Shown in pieces: positions 9,684 through 21,045 of a DNA stretch of 64,000 bases. The position numbers and the translations under genes were made by a program. Source of the stretch: an uncultured Gammaproteobacteria bacterium (GTDB lineage: Bacteria > Patescibacteriota > Microgenomatia > Levybacterales > UBA12049). Positions within the stretch are counted from its first letter, which is position 1. Each line of letters opens with the position of its first letter. The notes under the pieces are model-generated. The model saw only the letters and a program-made list of their open reading frames with translations. It did no database searches and had not been told where the DNA came from. Where the stretch lies: the NCBI GenBank assembly GCA_964483115.1, contig CAYZZF010000002.1, positions 5,493 through 69,492 of the forward strand. The letters are read 5' to 3'.

Positions 9684-10958
9684 TTAAATTACAATTTTCG
9701 CCACTTTTTGTCCAAGCTCCACCGCATAATTAGTACCCCTATCCCACGGATAAATTTGGTCTATATTGGCAAGATAAACGTTTTTGATAGGCGTTTTGAA
9801 AGGAGGTATTATTTTTCCATACCCAACCTCCATAACAGGCTGGGCAAAAGGAGCTTTAAAAACCTCATAGCTTATAACATATTGCTTATAGTTTGGATTT
9901 ATTTTCTTAAGAAACGGATCATAAATTTTTAGAAGTTCATCTGCTGCCATTTGCATATAAGGATGATCGAAAGGAAGATAATTGCCTATGTACACTATGT
10001 GTTCATTATTATAATATTTTTTGTCCATAAAATTTGTATGTTCAACCACAGCCATTAAAGGATTTTTTCTTTCGCAAATATTTAACCAGTATGTTCCATC
10101 AATAAGGAATTGTTTTTTAAGCCTCAAAATAAGATTGATCGCTCCTAAACTTTTAAGGCTTGCAAGTTTACTCTTGTAATCTAAAGGGAGTTCGGGGACA
10201 ATTTTTAAAAATAGAAAAGACGGCAAAGTAACAATTAACGAATCAAATTCATTTTTTTCAATTTTTGAATTTTGAGCTCCAATTTTAATTTTTGACTTTT
10301 GAAATTTGATTTTTGAAACCTCAGTATTATAGTAAAATTTTCCGCCTTTTTCTTGAATTTTTTCTTCAAGAGCTTCAGAGAATTCTAAAAACCCTCCTTG
10401 TGGATAAACAAGGCTTGGAGTTCTTTTTTTAATTCTTGCCCAAAACCATGCAAGAGAAATATCTTTTGCGAGATCACCAAATTTTCCTTTAAGAAGCGGA
10501 CTCCAAACCATTTCATAACCCTTTTTGCCCATAATTTTTAAAAGAATTTCGTTTGCTTTATATTTATCAAAGATTTTTAAAAAAGGGCTGAACTTTAAAA
10601 AACCAAGAGCCAATCCCATTCTAATTTTCTCAATAAAATTAAGGAGAGGGAAATTAATTAGAGTAAATGGAGAATCAAGTTGGTAAACTCCGCCCTTTAT
10701 AAAAGTTGAGGTTTTAGGTCTTTTGACAATAACTGGATAATTTATTTCTCTTGCTAAATCTAAAACTGTTTTATCATTTGTAAACCAATGATGGTAATGT
10801 TCTTCCACTGTCCATTTCCACCCCTTTTTTTTATAACCAATTGCAAGGCCTCCTGGTTTTGCCCCTTTTTCAAAAACTGCTACTTCATGACCATTTTTTA
10901 CCAATTCAAAAGCAGCGGACAGTCCGGTAAAGCCCGCACCAATAATTGCTATCTTCAT
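9684..10958 (-). CDS. FAD-dependent oxidoreductase (amine oxidase / HemY-like family)
   Basis: KIAIIGAGFTGLSAA Rossmann motif, GGLA, YHH.F, C-terminal IYPWDRGTNYAV. Confidence 0.85.
   Translation of the reverse strand: MKIAIIGAGFTGLSAAFELVKNGHEVAVFEKGAKPGGLAIGYKKKGWKWTVEEHYHHWFTNDKTVLDLAREINYPVIVKRPKTSTFIKGGVYQLDSPFTLINFPLLNFIEKIRMGLALGFLKFSPFLKIFDKYKANEILLKIMGKKGYEMVWSPLLKGKFGDLAKDISLAWFWARIKKRTPSLVYPQGGFLEFSEALEEKIQEKGGKFYYNTEVSKIKFQKSKIKIGAQNSKIEKNEFDSLIVTLPSFLFLKIVPELPLDYKSKLASLKSLGAINLILRLKKQFLIDGTYWLNICERKNPLMAVVEHTNFMDKKYYNNEHIVYIGNYLPFDHPYMQMAADELLKIYDPFLKKINPNYKQYVISYEVFKAPFAQPVMEVGYGKIIPPFKTPIKNVYLANIDQIYPWDRGTNYAVELGQKVAKIVI
10258..10317 (-). repeat. Heptamer tandem array in-frame in the oxidoreductase
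   Basis: Minus strand tcaaaaa tcaaatt tcaaaag tcaaaaa ttaaaat...; 20 nt (10290-10309, reverse complement) are identical to 20944-20963. Confidence 0.65.
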
Positions 10959-12286
10959 AAGGAAAGACTTTGGGCGAGAAGAAAAAGGAATACTCCAGTA
11001 ACAGTAATTGCCAGACCAATTATTCCAAAATTTACAATATTAGGATCGCCGGGTGCTGGTAGGGTGGGGGTTGGAGTCGCAGAACTTACCGGCGGTTCGG
11101 TAGGCATAATTGTTGGCGTAGGAGTTGCGGTTGGAGTTTGGGTTGGTGATGGAGAAAAAGCCGGCGTTGCGGAAGGAGTTGCCGATTGTGCAACTTGAGT
11201 TCCTGATGCATAGACAACAAAAGATTGAATTATTGTCCGTAGAATTCCTAAAGCATCTCTTGTAGTAATAGATATTGTGTGTGTGCCAGGCGAAAGGGGA
11301 GTATCAGGACGATAACTCCAGTTTCCAAAACCATCCGTTTCTACTTGAGCTTGTATATTTTCGGTGGAGCGAATAGTTATTGAAACAGTACTGTTTGGAA
11401 GAGCAACACCTTCGAATTTTGGTTGTTGATCGGAAAACCCTTGGTCCTTTTTAGGTATTAAAATTTCAGGACTTTTTGATGTTGTTTTTGCTAAGACAGG
11501 CAGAGCAGAAAAAACAGTCGATGAAGATGGGGTAGCAGGAGGTGAAACTAATGTAAAATCATAATCGTAGGATAGAATTATCGTAGGTACTTCTGTTGAT
11601 GAATTCGACAGTTCAATATTTGATGATAAATCCGCAGAAACTATTAGCATTTTAATAATAGAGTTTTCTTTAAGAGTCACGTATGAAGAAAGGTCGCTTA
11701 CTCTAAGAAGGTTTAATGGGATTTCATAGCTTCCGTCTTCTTTTGTTAGAGTTGATATTGCCTGCGAGTTACCTGCTGTTAGATAAACTATGGCTTCTTT
11801 TGGCGGGTCGCCATCGGGTAATTGAACCTTGCCCGAAACCTTTTTTTGCAAAGAACTCAAGGATGCAATATTCGGTCCTGTTGTTATACTAAAGGCAGCT
11901 CCGTTTTGAAGAAATGTGTCTTGCCCTGAAGTGATTGAAAAATAATAAGAAGTATTTGGTGTTAAATTTTTTACACTAATGCTATGAACTGCATGAGGAG
12001 TAAGCGAGCTCTTTTGTTCTCTTTCGTCCAATGCTGTTTGCCCTAAATTTCTATCTTTATCAAAATTTATAGATCCTAGAACAGCTGCGTCTGTTAAAAA
12101 AGATACTGTAAATGATGTGTCGGAAACATTAGTTATTCTTATATTTTTTGGAGAATTTGAAGGCCCAGCAAATCCAGTAAAGATTACCCTTCTTTGGACA
12201 AGAAATGTTGTTGTGCCTATTCCAATTACTATTACCAATAACCCGATTAATGTTGGTATGCGCTTATTCCAAATGCTATTTTTCAT
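10955..12286 (-). CDS. Surface protein with FN3 and Ig-like domains, Pro/Thr linker and C-terminal LPAPG-TM signal
   Basis: N-terminal TM; RITNVSDTSFTVSF...NLTPNTSYYF (FN3); G.W.Y.P..PL..G.HTI (bacterial Ig-like); PTATPTPT; LPAPG followed by a hydrophobic tail. Confidence 0.75.
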   Translation of the reverse strand: MKNSIWNKRIPTLIGLLVIVIGIGTTTFLVQRRVIFTGFAGPSNSPKNIRITNVSDTSFTVSFLTDAAVLGSINFDKDRNLGQTALDEREQKSSLTPHAVHSISVKNLTPNTSYYFSITSGQDTFLQNGAAFSITTGPNIASLSSLQKKVSGKVQLPDGDPPKEAIVYLTAGNSQAISTLTKEDGSYEIPLNLLRVSDLSSYVTLKENSIIKMLIVSADLSSNIELSNSSTEVPTIILSYDYDFTLVSPPATPSSSTVFSALPVLAKTTSKSPEILIPKKDQGFSDQQPKFEGVALPNSTVSITIRSTENIQAQVETDGFGNWSYRPDTPLSPGTHTISITTRDALGILRTIIQSFVVYASGTQVAQSATPSATPAFSPSPTQTPTATPTPTIMPTEPPVSSATPTPTLPAPGDPNIVNFGIIGLAITVTGVFLFLLAQSLSL

Positions 12287-12567
12287 GGGGCAGTTCCTCC
12301 TTGAAGTTGTTGCTGAGCCGGTGTTGTTGCTGTCTCTTCTGGGGTAGGAATTACGTTCCCCATCTCATAGATTGGATATATTACCTCTCTGTTTTTAAGA
12401 TTCTCAATAGTTTTGGCATCAAAATCAGGATTTATGGGAGAAATCTGAATACTTAAGGGTGTCGATATAGTACTAACAACCAAATTGTCATATATACTAA
12501 AAATAATCCATGCGATTATTATGATAAAAGTAGATATTAGTAAAAAAAGAATATCTCTCTGTTTCAT
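12283..12567 (-). CDS. Small single-TM hypothetical protein in the pilN-pilO operon
   Basis: N-terminal TM; 4-nt overlap with the downstream gene and 3-nt gap after pilO. Confidence 0.7.
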   Translation of the reverse strand: MKQRDILFLLISTFIIIIAWIIFSIYDNLVVSTISTPLSIQISPINPDFDAKTIENLKNREVIYPIYEMGNVIPTPEETATTPAQQQLQGGTAP

Positions 12568-12570
12568 TTT

Positions 12571-13224
12571 TTATTTTTTAAAATAAGCCTTTCCTAAAAT
12601 ATTAAATTGCAGAAGCCCCTGTTCTGTTTCGCTGCCCTTTTTATTTATAGAGAGCGTATCTATAGAAAGCACCCTTTGCATTTTAGTTAGGGATGATAAA
12701 AATTTTGTTATATCCTCATAGGACCCTTGCCCAGAAATAGAAAAGGAGAACGAGGAGTATTTGCTCTGATCAGTTGAAGGAGGCTCAGCCTCTACCTGAA
12801 AGCTTTGAAGATTGGTAAGTATGATATTGGAATTTTTTGCAATCGATTGTAATTGTGCCAAAAGAGTAGGAACCTCTGGATTTTTGGGAATACTAGCCAA
12901 AACAATTGGTAAGTCGCTTTGTATAAGATTATATTTTTTTTGGAGAACTGATAGATTATTAATCTTTTCTTCTAGTTTTTGATCAACATATTTACTGTCA
13001 GCCAGCTGCTTTTTAAGCTTTGCAATCGTTGATAAAGTTGGATTTATTGCAAATAAACCAAAAAAGGACAGAGCCACAAGAGATAAGACAATGCTTGTGA
13101 ATCTTTGTGTTTTTTCTTTCTTAAAGTCAGGCAAGAGCTCAAAATATTTATTATTCTTGATATTTCTAAAAATATTGCCTGCTTTGTTTTGTTCTTTCAT
13201 AAAATAATCTTTATTCTTGCGCAA
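12571..13224 (-). CDS. pilO: Type IV pilus alignment protein PilO
   Basis: TM, coiled coil, then IP...LL.QL...A and G.Y.DI..FL..L..M.R...I..L.I (PilO signature). Confidence 0.8.
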   Translation of the reverse strand: MRKNKDYFMKEQNKAGNIFRNIKNNKYFELLPDFKKEKTQRFTSIVLSLVALSFFGLFAINPTLSTIAKLKKQLADSKYVDQKLEEKINNLSVLQKKYNLIQSDLPIVLASIPKNPEVPTLLAQLQSIAKNSNIILTNLQSFQVEAEPPSTDQSKYSSFSFSISGQGSYEDITKFLSSLTKMQRVLSIDTLSINKKGSETEQGLLQFNILGKAYFKK

Positions 13225-13750
13225 GTGTAGCTGTAATGCTCACGGTGATAGTTGTACTTGATAGCTTATTTTCTATTTTGTCTATACTTACACTTTTTAT
13301 ATTTTTTGAATTTCTTAAAGAACTAATAAAAACGCCAAGAGATGAGACTAATTGAAGATTTGCCTCTATGGTTAGACGATTTTCAGAAATAAGAAAATTA
13401 TTGAAGGTCATTCCTTGAGGAGCAAAACTAATGATCTCTTTTAAGATGTTTAATTTTTTCCCGCCCAAAGTGGAAAAATCAGATGTTAACTTAAGCCTAT
13501 CTTGTAAGTCTCTATAGGTATCTTCTCGATTTTTAAAATATTGTACAATTGTCTGCTCTTGTTTAATTTTTGAATGAAGATCAATAAGCTGTCTGTCTAA
13601 AGAGAATCTATATAAGAAAGCAGATAAGGCAATAAGCTCAATAATTATTACAACAAGCCGTCCTATTGTTAGTGCCCAATTTATAAATTTATCGAAGAAA
13701 TCTATACGTTCCTCTCCCAATAAATTTATAGATGGATGTCTTTTTACCAT
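13211..13750 (-). CDS. pilN: PilN-like type IV pilus alignment protein
   Basis: N-terminal INLL motif, TM, coiled coil, ferredoxin-like C-domain pattern; lies upstream of pilO. Confidence 0.7.
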   Translation of the reverse strand: MVKRHPSINLLGEERIDFFDKFINWALTIGRLVVIIIELIALSAFLYRFSLDRQLIDLHSKIKQEQTIVQYFKNREDTYRDLQDRLKLTSDFSTLGGKKLNILKEIISFAPQGMTFNNFLISENRLTIEANLQLVSSLGVFISSLRNSKNIKSVSIDKIENKLSSTTITVSITATLAQE

Positions 13751-13784
13751 CGCACTTTTAGTCTAGGGATTTTTTTAGTTTTTG

Positions 13785-14075
13785 TCAAAGAGAGGACGAG
13801 AAGGATTTTTTGCTTTGAGCAGATCTTTTCTTAACAATTTTTTTAACAATCATTTTTGCAAGTCTTGATTTTATTCTCACCGCTTTATTTTTATGAATAA
13901 CGTTCTTTTTAGCAGCTTTGTCTGCCATACTTAAAGCTTGTTGAACAGATTTTTTGGTTGGAGTTTTTATTGCCCTTTTGATAGCAGACTTTAAAAGATT
14001 TTTTAATTTTTTGTTTTCAGTCATTCTCTTTGCGTCTTTTCTTAATTTTTTCCGAGCTGATTTTATCACTGGCAT
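13785..14075 (-). CDS. rpsT: 30S ribosomal protein S20
   Basis: MPVIKSARK...DKAAKKNVIHKNKAVRIKSRL. Confidence 0.95.
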   Translation of the reverse strand: MPVIKSARKKLRKDAKRMTENKKLKNLLKSAIKRAIKTPTKKSVQQALSMADKAAKKNVIHKNKAVRIKSRLAKMIVKKIVKKRSAQSKKSFSSSL

Positions 14076-14081
14076 AGGTGG

Positions 14082-14099
14082 ATTTTAGCATGTTATACT
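14082..14099. promoter_or_regulatory. Back-to-back divergent extended -10 promoters for rpsT and murJ
   Basis: Minus strand TGCTAAAAT (14090-14082) 6 nt before the rpsT ATG; plus strand TGTTATACT (14091-14099) 12 nt before the murJ ATG. Confidence 0.6.
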
Positions 14100-14111
14100 T
14101 TAAATTACAAT

Positions 14112-15770
14112 ATGGCCAATAATTTTTTTAAAAAAGGTTTGAATCTTCTCCTTGCACGACAAACCAATATTTTATCTGCCGCTTTTATCATAATGATAAC
14201 GATTATCCTCTCGCAGATATTAGGGCTTGTTCGACAAAGACTTCTGGTCGCATTTTTCGGAGCCTCAGATACCTTAGGAGTTTATCTTGCGTCATCTCGT
14301 CTCCCTGATTTTCTATTTCAGCTTATTGTTGCCGGTGCACTTTCCTCTGCTTTTATTCCAGTCTTTTCTGATTATCTTGGGAAGCAGAAATATGAAGAGG
14401 CGTATAGAGTCGGCTCAACACTTCTTTACTTGGGGCTTATTTTGTTCTCTTTTTTTGCTGTTATCCTTTTTATCTTTGCAGGTACCTTCTCAAAACTTAT
14501 TGCCCCGGGCTTTTCACCCTCGCAAATTTTACTTATGGCAAAGCTTATGAGAATAATCACTTTTGGAGAATTATTATTTATTATCGGAAGTTTTTTTTCA
14601 GCTATTCTTCAGTCATATAACCATTTTTTTATTCCAGGGATTGCTGCGGCCCTTTATAATCTAGGGATAATTATAGCAATTATAACCCTTTATCCTATCT
14701 TTGGAATTTTTTCAGCAGTCTACGGAGTTATACTTGGCGCATTTATTTTTGTTATTATTCAGCTGCCTTTCATAAAAGATGTTAAATTTTCTTTCAAACC
14801 TTCATTCAACATCAAGGAAAGCGGGGTAATTCAGGTAGTAAAACTTATGTGGCCAAGAACCCTGTCGATAGCGATCTTTCAATTGGGGACTATAATAACT
14901 GTGACTTTAGTATCATTTCTCCCTTCGCCTGGAAGAAGCTATGTCATTTTCGATTATGCCCAAACCCTTGCTTCTGCGCCAGTTGTTCTTATTGGTCAGG
15001 CAATAGCTCAAGCCGCTTTTCCAGTTTTATCGCGCGAGAAAGACAGACTTGATGATTTTAAAGCAACCTTTATCACAAGTTTTAATCAAATGCTTTATCT
15101 AGTACTTCCTATTTCTGTTCTCTTTTTGGTTCTCCGTATCCCAATTGTCAGACTTGTTTTCGGTGCAGCAGCCTTTGACTGGCAAGCAACAGTTTCAACC
15201 GGAAGAACGCTTGCCCTGTTCAGCATCTCAATTTTTGCTCAGGCCCTTATCTATTTAGTTTCAAGGGGTTTTTACGCTCTTCATGATACCAAAATCCCGC
15301 TTATTGTAGGTAGTGCAACAACAATACTTATGTTAGGACTAGAAGCATTATTTATTTTTACATATCGTCTCGGAGTTGATAGCCTTGCAACTGCTTTTTC
15401 AATTGCAAGCATTGCAAATCTTGTAATTTCACTTATCCTTCTTGATTTTAAAATAGGCGGATTTAAGAAAACTACATTCCTTCTTTCAATTACAAAAATA
15501 TCTGTTGCAACTATCTTTACAGGTTTTGCTCTCTACATTCCTGTAAAACTTTTGGACCGTTTGGTCTTTGATACGACAAAAACCATTAATCTTCTGATTC
15601 TAACCGGAATCTCATCGTTTGTAGGGCTCTCGCTTTATCTTTTTTTAACCTGGCTCTTTGATGTAAAAGAAGCATCAACTTTTATTTTACTATTTAGGAA
15701 AATTGGCAACTGGAGAGAGATATTAAGTGGAAGTGAGGAGACAATCGATGCTACAAGAATAAATCCATAA
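14112..15770 (+). CDS. murJ: Lipid II flippase MurJ (MviN)
   Basis: LGLVR...FG, RLPD...GALSSAFIPVF, A.FP.LS, R.FYAL.DTK.P. Confidence 0.93.
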   Translation: MANNFFKKGLNLLLARQTNILSAAFIIMITIILSQILGLVRQRLLVAFFGASDTLGVYLASSRLPDFLFQLIVAGALSSAFIPVFSDYLGKQKYEEAYRVGSTLLYLGLILFSFFAVILFIFAGTFSKLIAPGFSPSQILLMAKLMRIITFGELLFIIGSFFSAILQSYNHFFIPGIAAALYNLGIIIAIITLYPIFGIFSAVYGVILGAFIFVIIQLPFIKDVKFSFKPSFNIKESGVIQVVKLMWPRTLSIAIFQLGTIITVTLVSFLPSPGRSYVIFDYAQTLASAPVVLIGQAIAQAAFPVLSREKDRLDDFKATFITSFNQMLYLVLPISVLFLVLRIPIVRLVFGAAAFDWQATVSTGRTLALFSISIFAQALIYLVSRGFYALHDTKIPLIVGSATTILMLGLEALFIFTYRLGVDSLATAFSIASIANLVISLILLDFKIGGFKKTTFLLSITKISVATIFTGFALYIPVKLLDRLVFDTTKTINLLILTGISSFVGLSLYLFLTWLFDVKEASTFILLFRKIGNWREILSGSEETIDATRINP

Positions 15771-15817
15771 ACTTTATAGATGTAATTTAAATCCTCCTCT
15801 GTTATAATTTCTCCGCT

Positions 15818-17602
15818 ATGGACCAAGAGAATATTAGAAACTTTGCTCTAGTTGCTCATATTGATCATGGAAAATCAACTCTTGCGGACCGCATTATGGA
15901 AATATGTGGTGCAGTTCCCAAAAAACATGAGCCTCAAATTTTAGACAGTCTTGAGCTTGAGAGGGACCATGGCATTACTATCAAATTAAAAGCCGTTCGT
16001 TTAAACTATACCTTAAACGCTATACCCTATCAGCTGAATTTGTTGGATACTCCGGGACATGCTGACTTTTCTTACGAAGTTTCAAGATCTCTTGCTTCTG
16101 TTGAAGGTGCCTTGCTCATTGTTGATGCAACACAAGGAGTGCAGGCACAGACTCTTTCCAATTTTAACCTGGCAATGAATGCCAAACTTACGCTGATTCC
16201 GGTCATCAACAAAATTGATATGCCACAGGCGGATGTCTTAAAGACTACTTTAGAACTTGTCGGTTTGGGATTTAAGGAAAATGAAATTATAAAAGTTTCA
16301 GCCAAAACAGGAGAAAATGTGGAAAAATTACTTTCAGAAATTATTGATAAAATACCTCCTCCCCGAGTTATTACAGACAAGCTCGTCTCTCTTATTTTCG
16401 ACTCAAGCCTTGATCCTTACAAAGGAGTTATTGCTACGGTGAGACTCTTTGGCGGATTACTAAAAACAGGCGATGAAATTTTATTTATGGCAGCAAAAAC
16501 AAAAGGTCAGATTTTACAATTAGGTTATTTGACTCCTAAACCATTTTATTCACAAGAGCTAAAAAAGAGAGAGATTGGATTTATTGTTACAAATATAAAA
16601 GATTTATCTCTGGTAAAGGTCGGGGATACAATATGTCATCCAAAAGAAATAGTTGCTCCGCTTCCTGGATATCAAAAGGTAAAGCCCGTGGTCTTTCTTT
16701 CTTTTTTTCCGCTCAGCTCATCTGATTTTCCGAAAATGAAGGAGGCTTTTGAGAAACTTAAATTAAATGACGCATCCCTTATCTATTCAAATGAGTCATC
16801 CGTTTCTTTGGGTCAGGGTTTTCGTGTAGGCTTTCTCGGTCTTTTGCATGCGCAGATTACTCAAGAAAGACTTGAAAGAGAATATGGTCTTGATATTATT
16901 GCGGCGTCTCCCTCTGTCAATTTTATTATTGATGGTAGAACAATCAATAAGCCTTCGGATTTTAACCCAAATTTAAATTCTCAAGTTCTTGAACCATATG
17001 CAAGAGCTACAATTTTTGTACCCCATAAATATTATGGGCAAATAAGCGATTTGATTTATAAAAAGCGTGGAACGATTGAACATTTTGAAAATATTGGTGC
17101 ATCTTTGAAGATTGAAGCAGTTATTCCACTTCTTGAGATATTAATCGGTTTTTATGATGAGCTTAAGTCTGATACTTCTGGGTTTGCCTCTTTAGATTTT
17201 GAAGTAATTGATTATCGAAGGGCAAACTTGGTAAAACTGGATATCTTGGTAAATCATGAGTCAGTTGAGGGTCTTTCGCAGATAATCCCATTTGAAAAAG
17301 CACAGGAGTTTGGGAAAAAACTAGTCAGTAAACTTAAAGAAGAAATTCCACGCCAGAATATTCCAATTCCCATACAGGCTGTTATTAATTTTGCAAGAAT
17401 AAAAGGAGGAATTGGTGGAAAAATTTTAGCCCGGGAAACAATCCCAGCTTATCGAAAAGATGTTACGGAAAAACTATATGGCGGGGATGTTACGCGCAAA
17501 ACAAAACTTTTAGAAAAACAGAAAAAAGGCAAGAAACGAATGAAACGTTTCGGCCAAATAGAAATTCCCCAAGAAGCCTTTCTGGCAGTTTTAAAATTTT
17601 AA
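15818..17602 (+). CDS. lepA: Elongation factor 4 (LepA)
   Basis: IRNF..AHIDHGKSTLADR, GITIK, DTPGH, GFR.GFLGLLH, KLYGGDVTRK.KLLEKQKKGKKRMK. Confidence 0.97.
   Translation: MDQENIRNFALVAHIDHGKSTLADRIMEICGAVPKKHEPQILDSLELERDHGITIKLKAVRLNYTLNAIPYQLNLLDTPGHADFSYEVSRSLASVEGALLIVDATQGVQAQTLSNFNLAMNAKLTLIPVINKIDMPQADVLKTTLELVGLGFKENEIIKVSAKTGENVEKLLSEIIDKIPPPRVITDKLVSLIFDSSLDPYKGVIATVRLFGGLLKTGDEILFMAAKTKGQILQLGYLTPKPFYSQELKKREIGFIVTNIKDLSLVKVGDTICHPKEIVAPLPGYQKVKPVVFLSFFPLSSSDFPKMKEAFEKLKLNDASLIYSNESSVSLGQGFRVGFLGLLHAQITQERLEREYGLDIIAASPSVNFIIDGRTINKPSDFNPNLNSQVLEPYARATIFVPHKYYGQISDLIYKKRGTIEHFENIGASLKIEAVIPLLEILIGFYDELKSDTSGFASLDFEVIDYRRANLVKLDILVNHESVEGLSQIIPFEKAQEFGKKLVSKLKEEIPRQNIPIPIQAVINFARIKGGIGGKILARETIPAYRKDVTEKLYGGDVTRKTKLLEKQKKGKKRMKRFGQIEIPQEAFLAVLKF
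15999..16031 (-). repeat. ATAG(C/G)GT-type heptamer array in-frame in lepA
   Basis: Reverse complement gatagggtatagcgtttaaggtatagtttaaac is 31/33 identical to 19205-19237. Confidence 0.8.
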
Positions 17603-17606
17603 AAGA

Positions 17607-18722
17607 TTAGAAGGCAAAGAATAAGGCGCCTGCGATAATTGAGATTACTAATCCGAAAATTCCTATACCAATTATTGTATCTCCAGGACCGGGTGGGACA
17701 ATGGTTGGCGTCGGCGTTGTCGCAGAGGATTGAGAAGCAGTAACAGTTATGTTTTGTGCGCAAGCCGAGCTGCTACTTATAGCTTCGTTATTGTCAGTTA
17801 AAATTGAAGTTGCAGTGAAAGTACCAGCATTATTATAAGTGTATGATATTGGTACATTTACAGAATTTGAGCCTATTCCTCCGCCGGTCGTAACATCTTG
17901 TATGGATCCATCCCCAAAATCAAATGTAACCTTATTGATTGTTCCGTCTGGATCATTGCCGTTTGCCGTTAAGGTTATGGAAAATGGAGCTGTACCTGTT
18001 CCAGATCGATCAATTGATAAACTTGAACAAACCGGAGCTTGGTTTATAGGCCCTCCTTGACCTGGGGTAGGAGTAGAAGTTATTGGTGGTAAAGATGGAG
18101 TAGGGGACGGCAAGGTAGGAGTAGGACTTATCTCACTCGGCGTTGGAGAGGGTACCGCGCCAGTTATGGTTACTTCTGCAGGATTGGTTGTTGAGAGGAC
18201 ATTCTCGTTAAATTGTTCGGTCGCAGCAATTGATAGCACTTGCGTTTGATTGCCAAATGTGATTTTGGTTGGGATACCTAGACCAGTTGGGGCTATGGCC
18301 TGAAAAGTCACAGTTGCAATGGTTGTTTTTGTCTGAATTGCTTTTGTAGGGTCTGCCCCCACAGAAAGGGTTGTTGTAATAGTACCAGGTTCATATACTG
18401 GTTCCTGAAGGGTTGAAGGCAGCACTTTAGCGTCTGAAACAAGACCAGAGCCAGCTGTTGCAAGTTTTGTTCCATCGTAAGAGATGACTAATTTAACAAA
18501 AGAAACCTGATTTTTCTCTCCGGGATCAAGGGAGACATCAAAACTTACTGTTTGTCCAACAGAAGTGGTTGCAGTGGTGGGGACAAAAGAAAGAGTTGTT
18601 GCTGCCACAGCCCTTCCCCTTATCTCTTGCTGTTTTTGGACAAGATATACAGTGAGTGGAATTGCTACAAGAAGTATTATTATAATTCCGGATAAAACTA
18701 GCTTTTTAGGAGATAAAGACAT
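17607..18722 (-). CDS. Surface protein with cohesin-like and PKD domains, Pro/Thr linkers and C-terminal TM
   Basis: Probable start MSLSPKK at 18722; TM then QQEIRGRA; cohesin-like beta domain; G.AP....A...DPDG...FDFGDG...YTY...G.F (PKD); IVPPG followed by TM. Confidence 0.75.
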   Translation of the reverse strand: MSLSPKKLVLSGIIIILLVAIPLTVYLVQKQQEIRGRAVAATTLSFVPTTATTSVGQTVSFDVSLDPGEKNQVSFVKLVISYDGTKLATAGSGLVSDAKVLPSTLQEPVYEPGTITTTLSVGADPTKAIQTKTTIATVTFQAIAPTGLGIPTKITFGNQTQVLSIAATEQFNENVLSTTNPAEVTITGAVPSPTPSEISPTPTLPSPTPSLPPITSTPTPGQGGPINQAPVCSSLSIDRSGTGTAPFSITLTANGNDPDGTINKVTFDFGDGSIQDVTTGGGIGSNSVNVPISYTYNNAGTFTATSILTDNNEAISSSSACAQNITVTASQSSATTPTPTIVPPGPGDTIIGIGIFGLVISIIAGALFFAF

Positions 18723-18815
18723 AAATTTAATTAGTCTTAGTTTATCGTATAGAAGAAAAAGGGGTATGTCAACCCCGAACCACATCATGACTAAAGTATT
18801 ATATGCTATAGGTTA

Positions 18816-18844
18816 TTGACAGGAATTTAATTTTGTTGTATAAA
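18816..18844 (+). promoter_or_regulatory. Sigma70-type promoter of groESL
   Basis: TTGACA (18816-18821), 17-nt spacer, TATAAA (18839-18844). Confidence 0.7.
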
Positions 18845-18845
18845 T

Positions 18846-18872
18846 TTAGCAATCACTTAGATTAAGTGATAT
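18846..18872. promoter_or_regulatory. Degenerate CIRCE (HrcA operator) upstream of groES
   Basis: TTAGCAATC-N9-AAGTGATAT against the consensus TTAGCACTC-N9-GAGTGCTAA; hrcA is present in the window. Confidence 0.6.
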
Positions 18873-18906
18873 TTTTTGGTTAAACTTTATAAACTTTACA
18901 TAAGGT

Positions 18907-19204
18907 ATGGCAAAAAAGACGACCAATATAAAGCCATTATTTGATAATGTTCTTATAAGACCACTTGAGGCAGAAGAAAGAACTGCAAGTGGGATTATTC
19001 TTCCAGATACTGCAAAAGAAAAACCCCAGATCGGAATTGTCATGGCAATAGGCCACGGTGCTACAAACGATGCAGGAAAACTTATTCCTGTGACTGTTAA
19101 AGTTGGACAAAAAGTTATGTATAAAAAATGGGGTGGAAATGAAGTTAAGATTGATGGCGAAGACTGGACAATGGTTGAACAAAAAGATATCCTCGCAATA
19201 GTTG

Positions 19205-19209
<5 letters not shown>
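18907..19209 (+). CDS. groES: Co-chaperonin GroES
   Basis: IKPLFDNVL, TASGIILPDTAKEKPQ, DILAIV. Confidence 0.97.
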
Positions 19210-20930
<1,721 letters not shown>

Positions 20931-20965
20931 CAAAAATCATAATTCAAATTTCAAAAGTCAAAATT

Positions 20966-20985
20966 AACCGCATTGGCGGTTTTTT
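20966..20985 (+). terminator. Intrinsic terminator after groEL
   Basis: aaccgc-attg-gcggtt followed by a T run. Confidence 0.7.
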
Positions 20986-21045
20986 GTTGACAAATTCATT
21001 GTAATAAATATCATTTCTTGCTATATTGTGTTCACCACTCTCTTT

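Noticed and set aside
9684-10958. Calling the oxidoreductase hemY/hemG
   Set aside because: No heme pathway context; it lies among glycosyltransferases, so only the fold family is supported.
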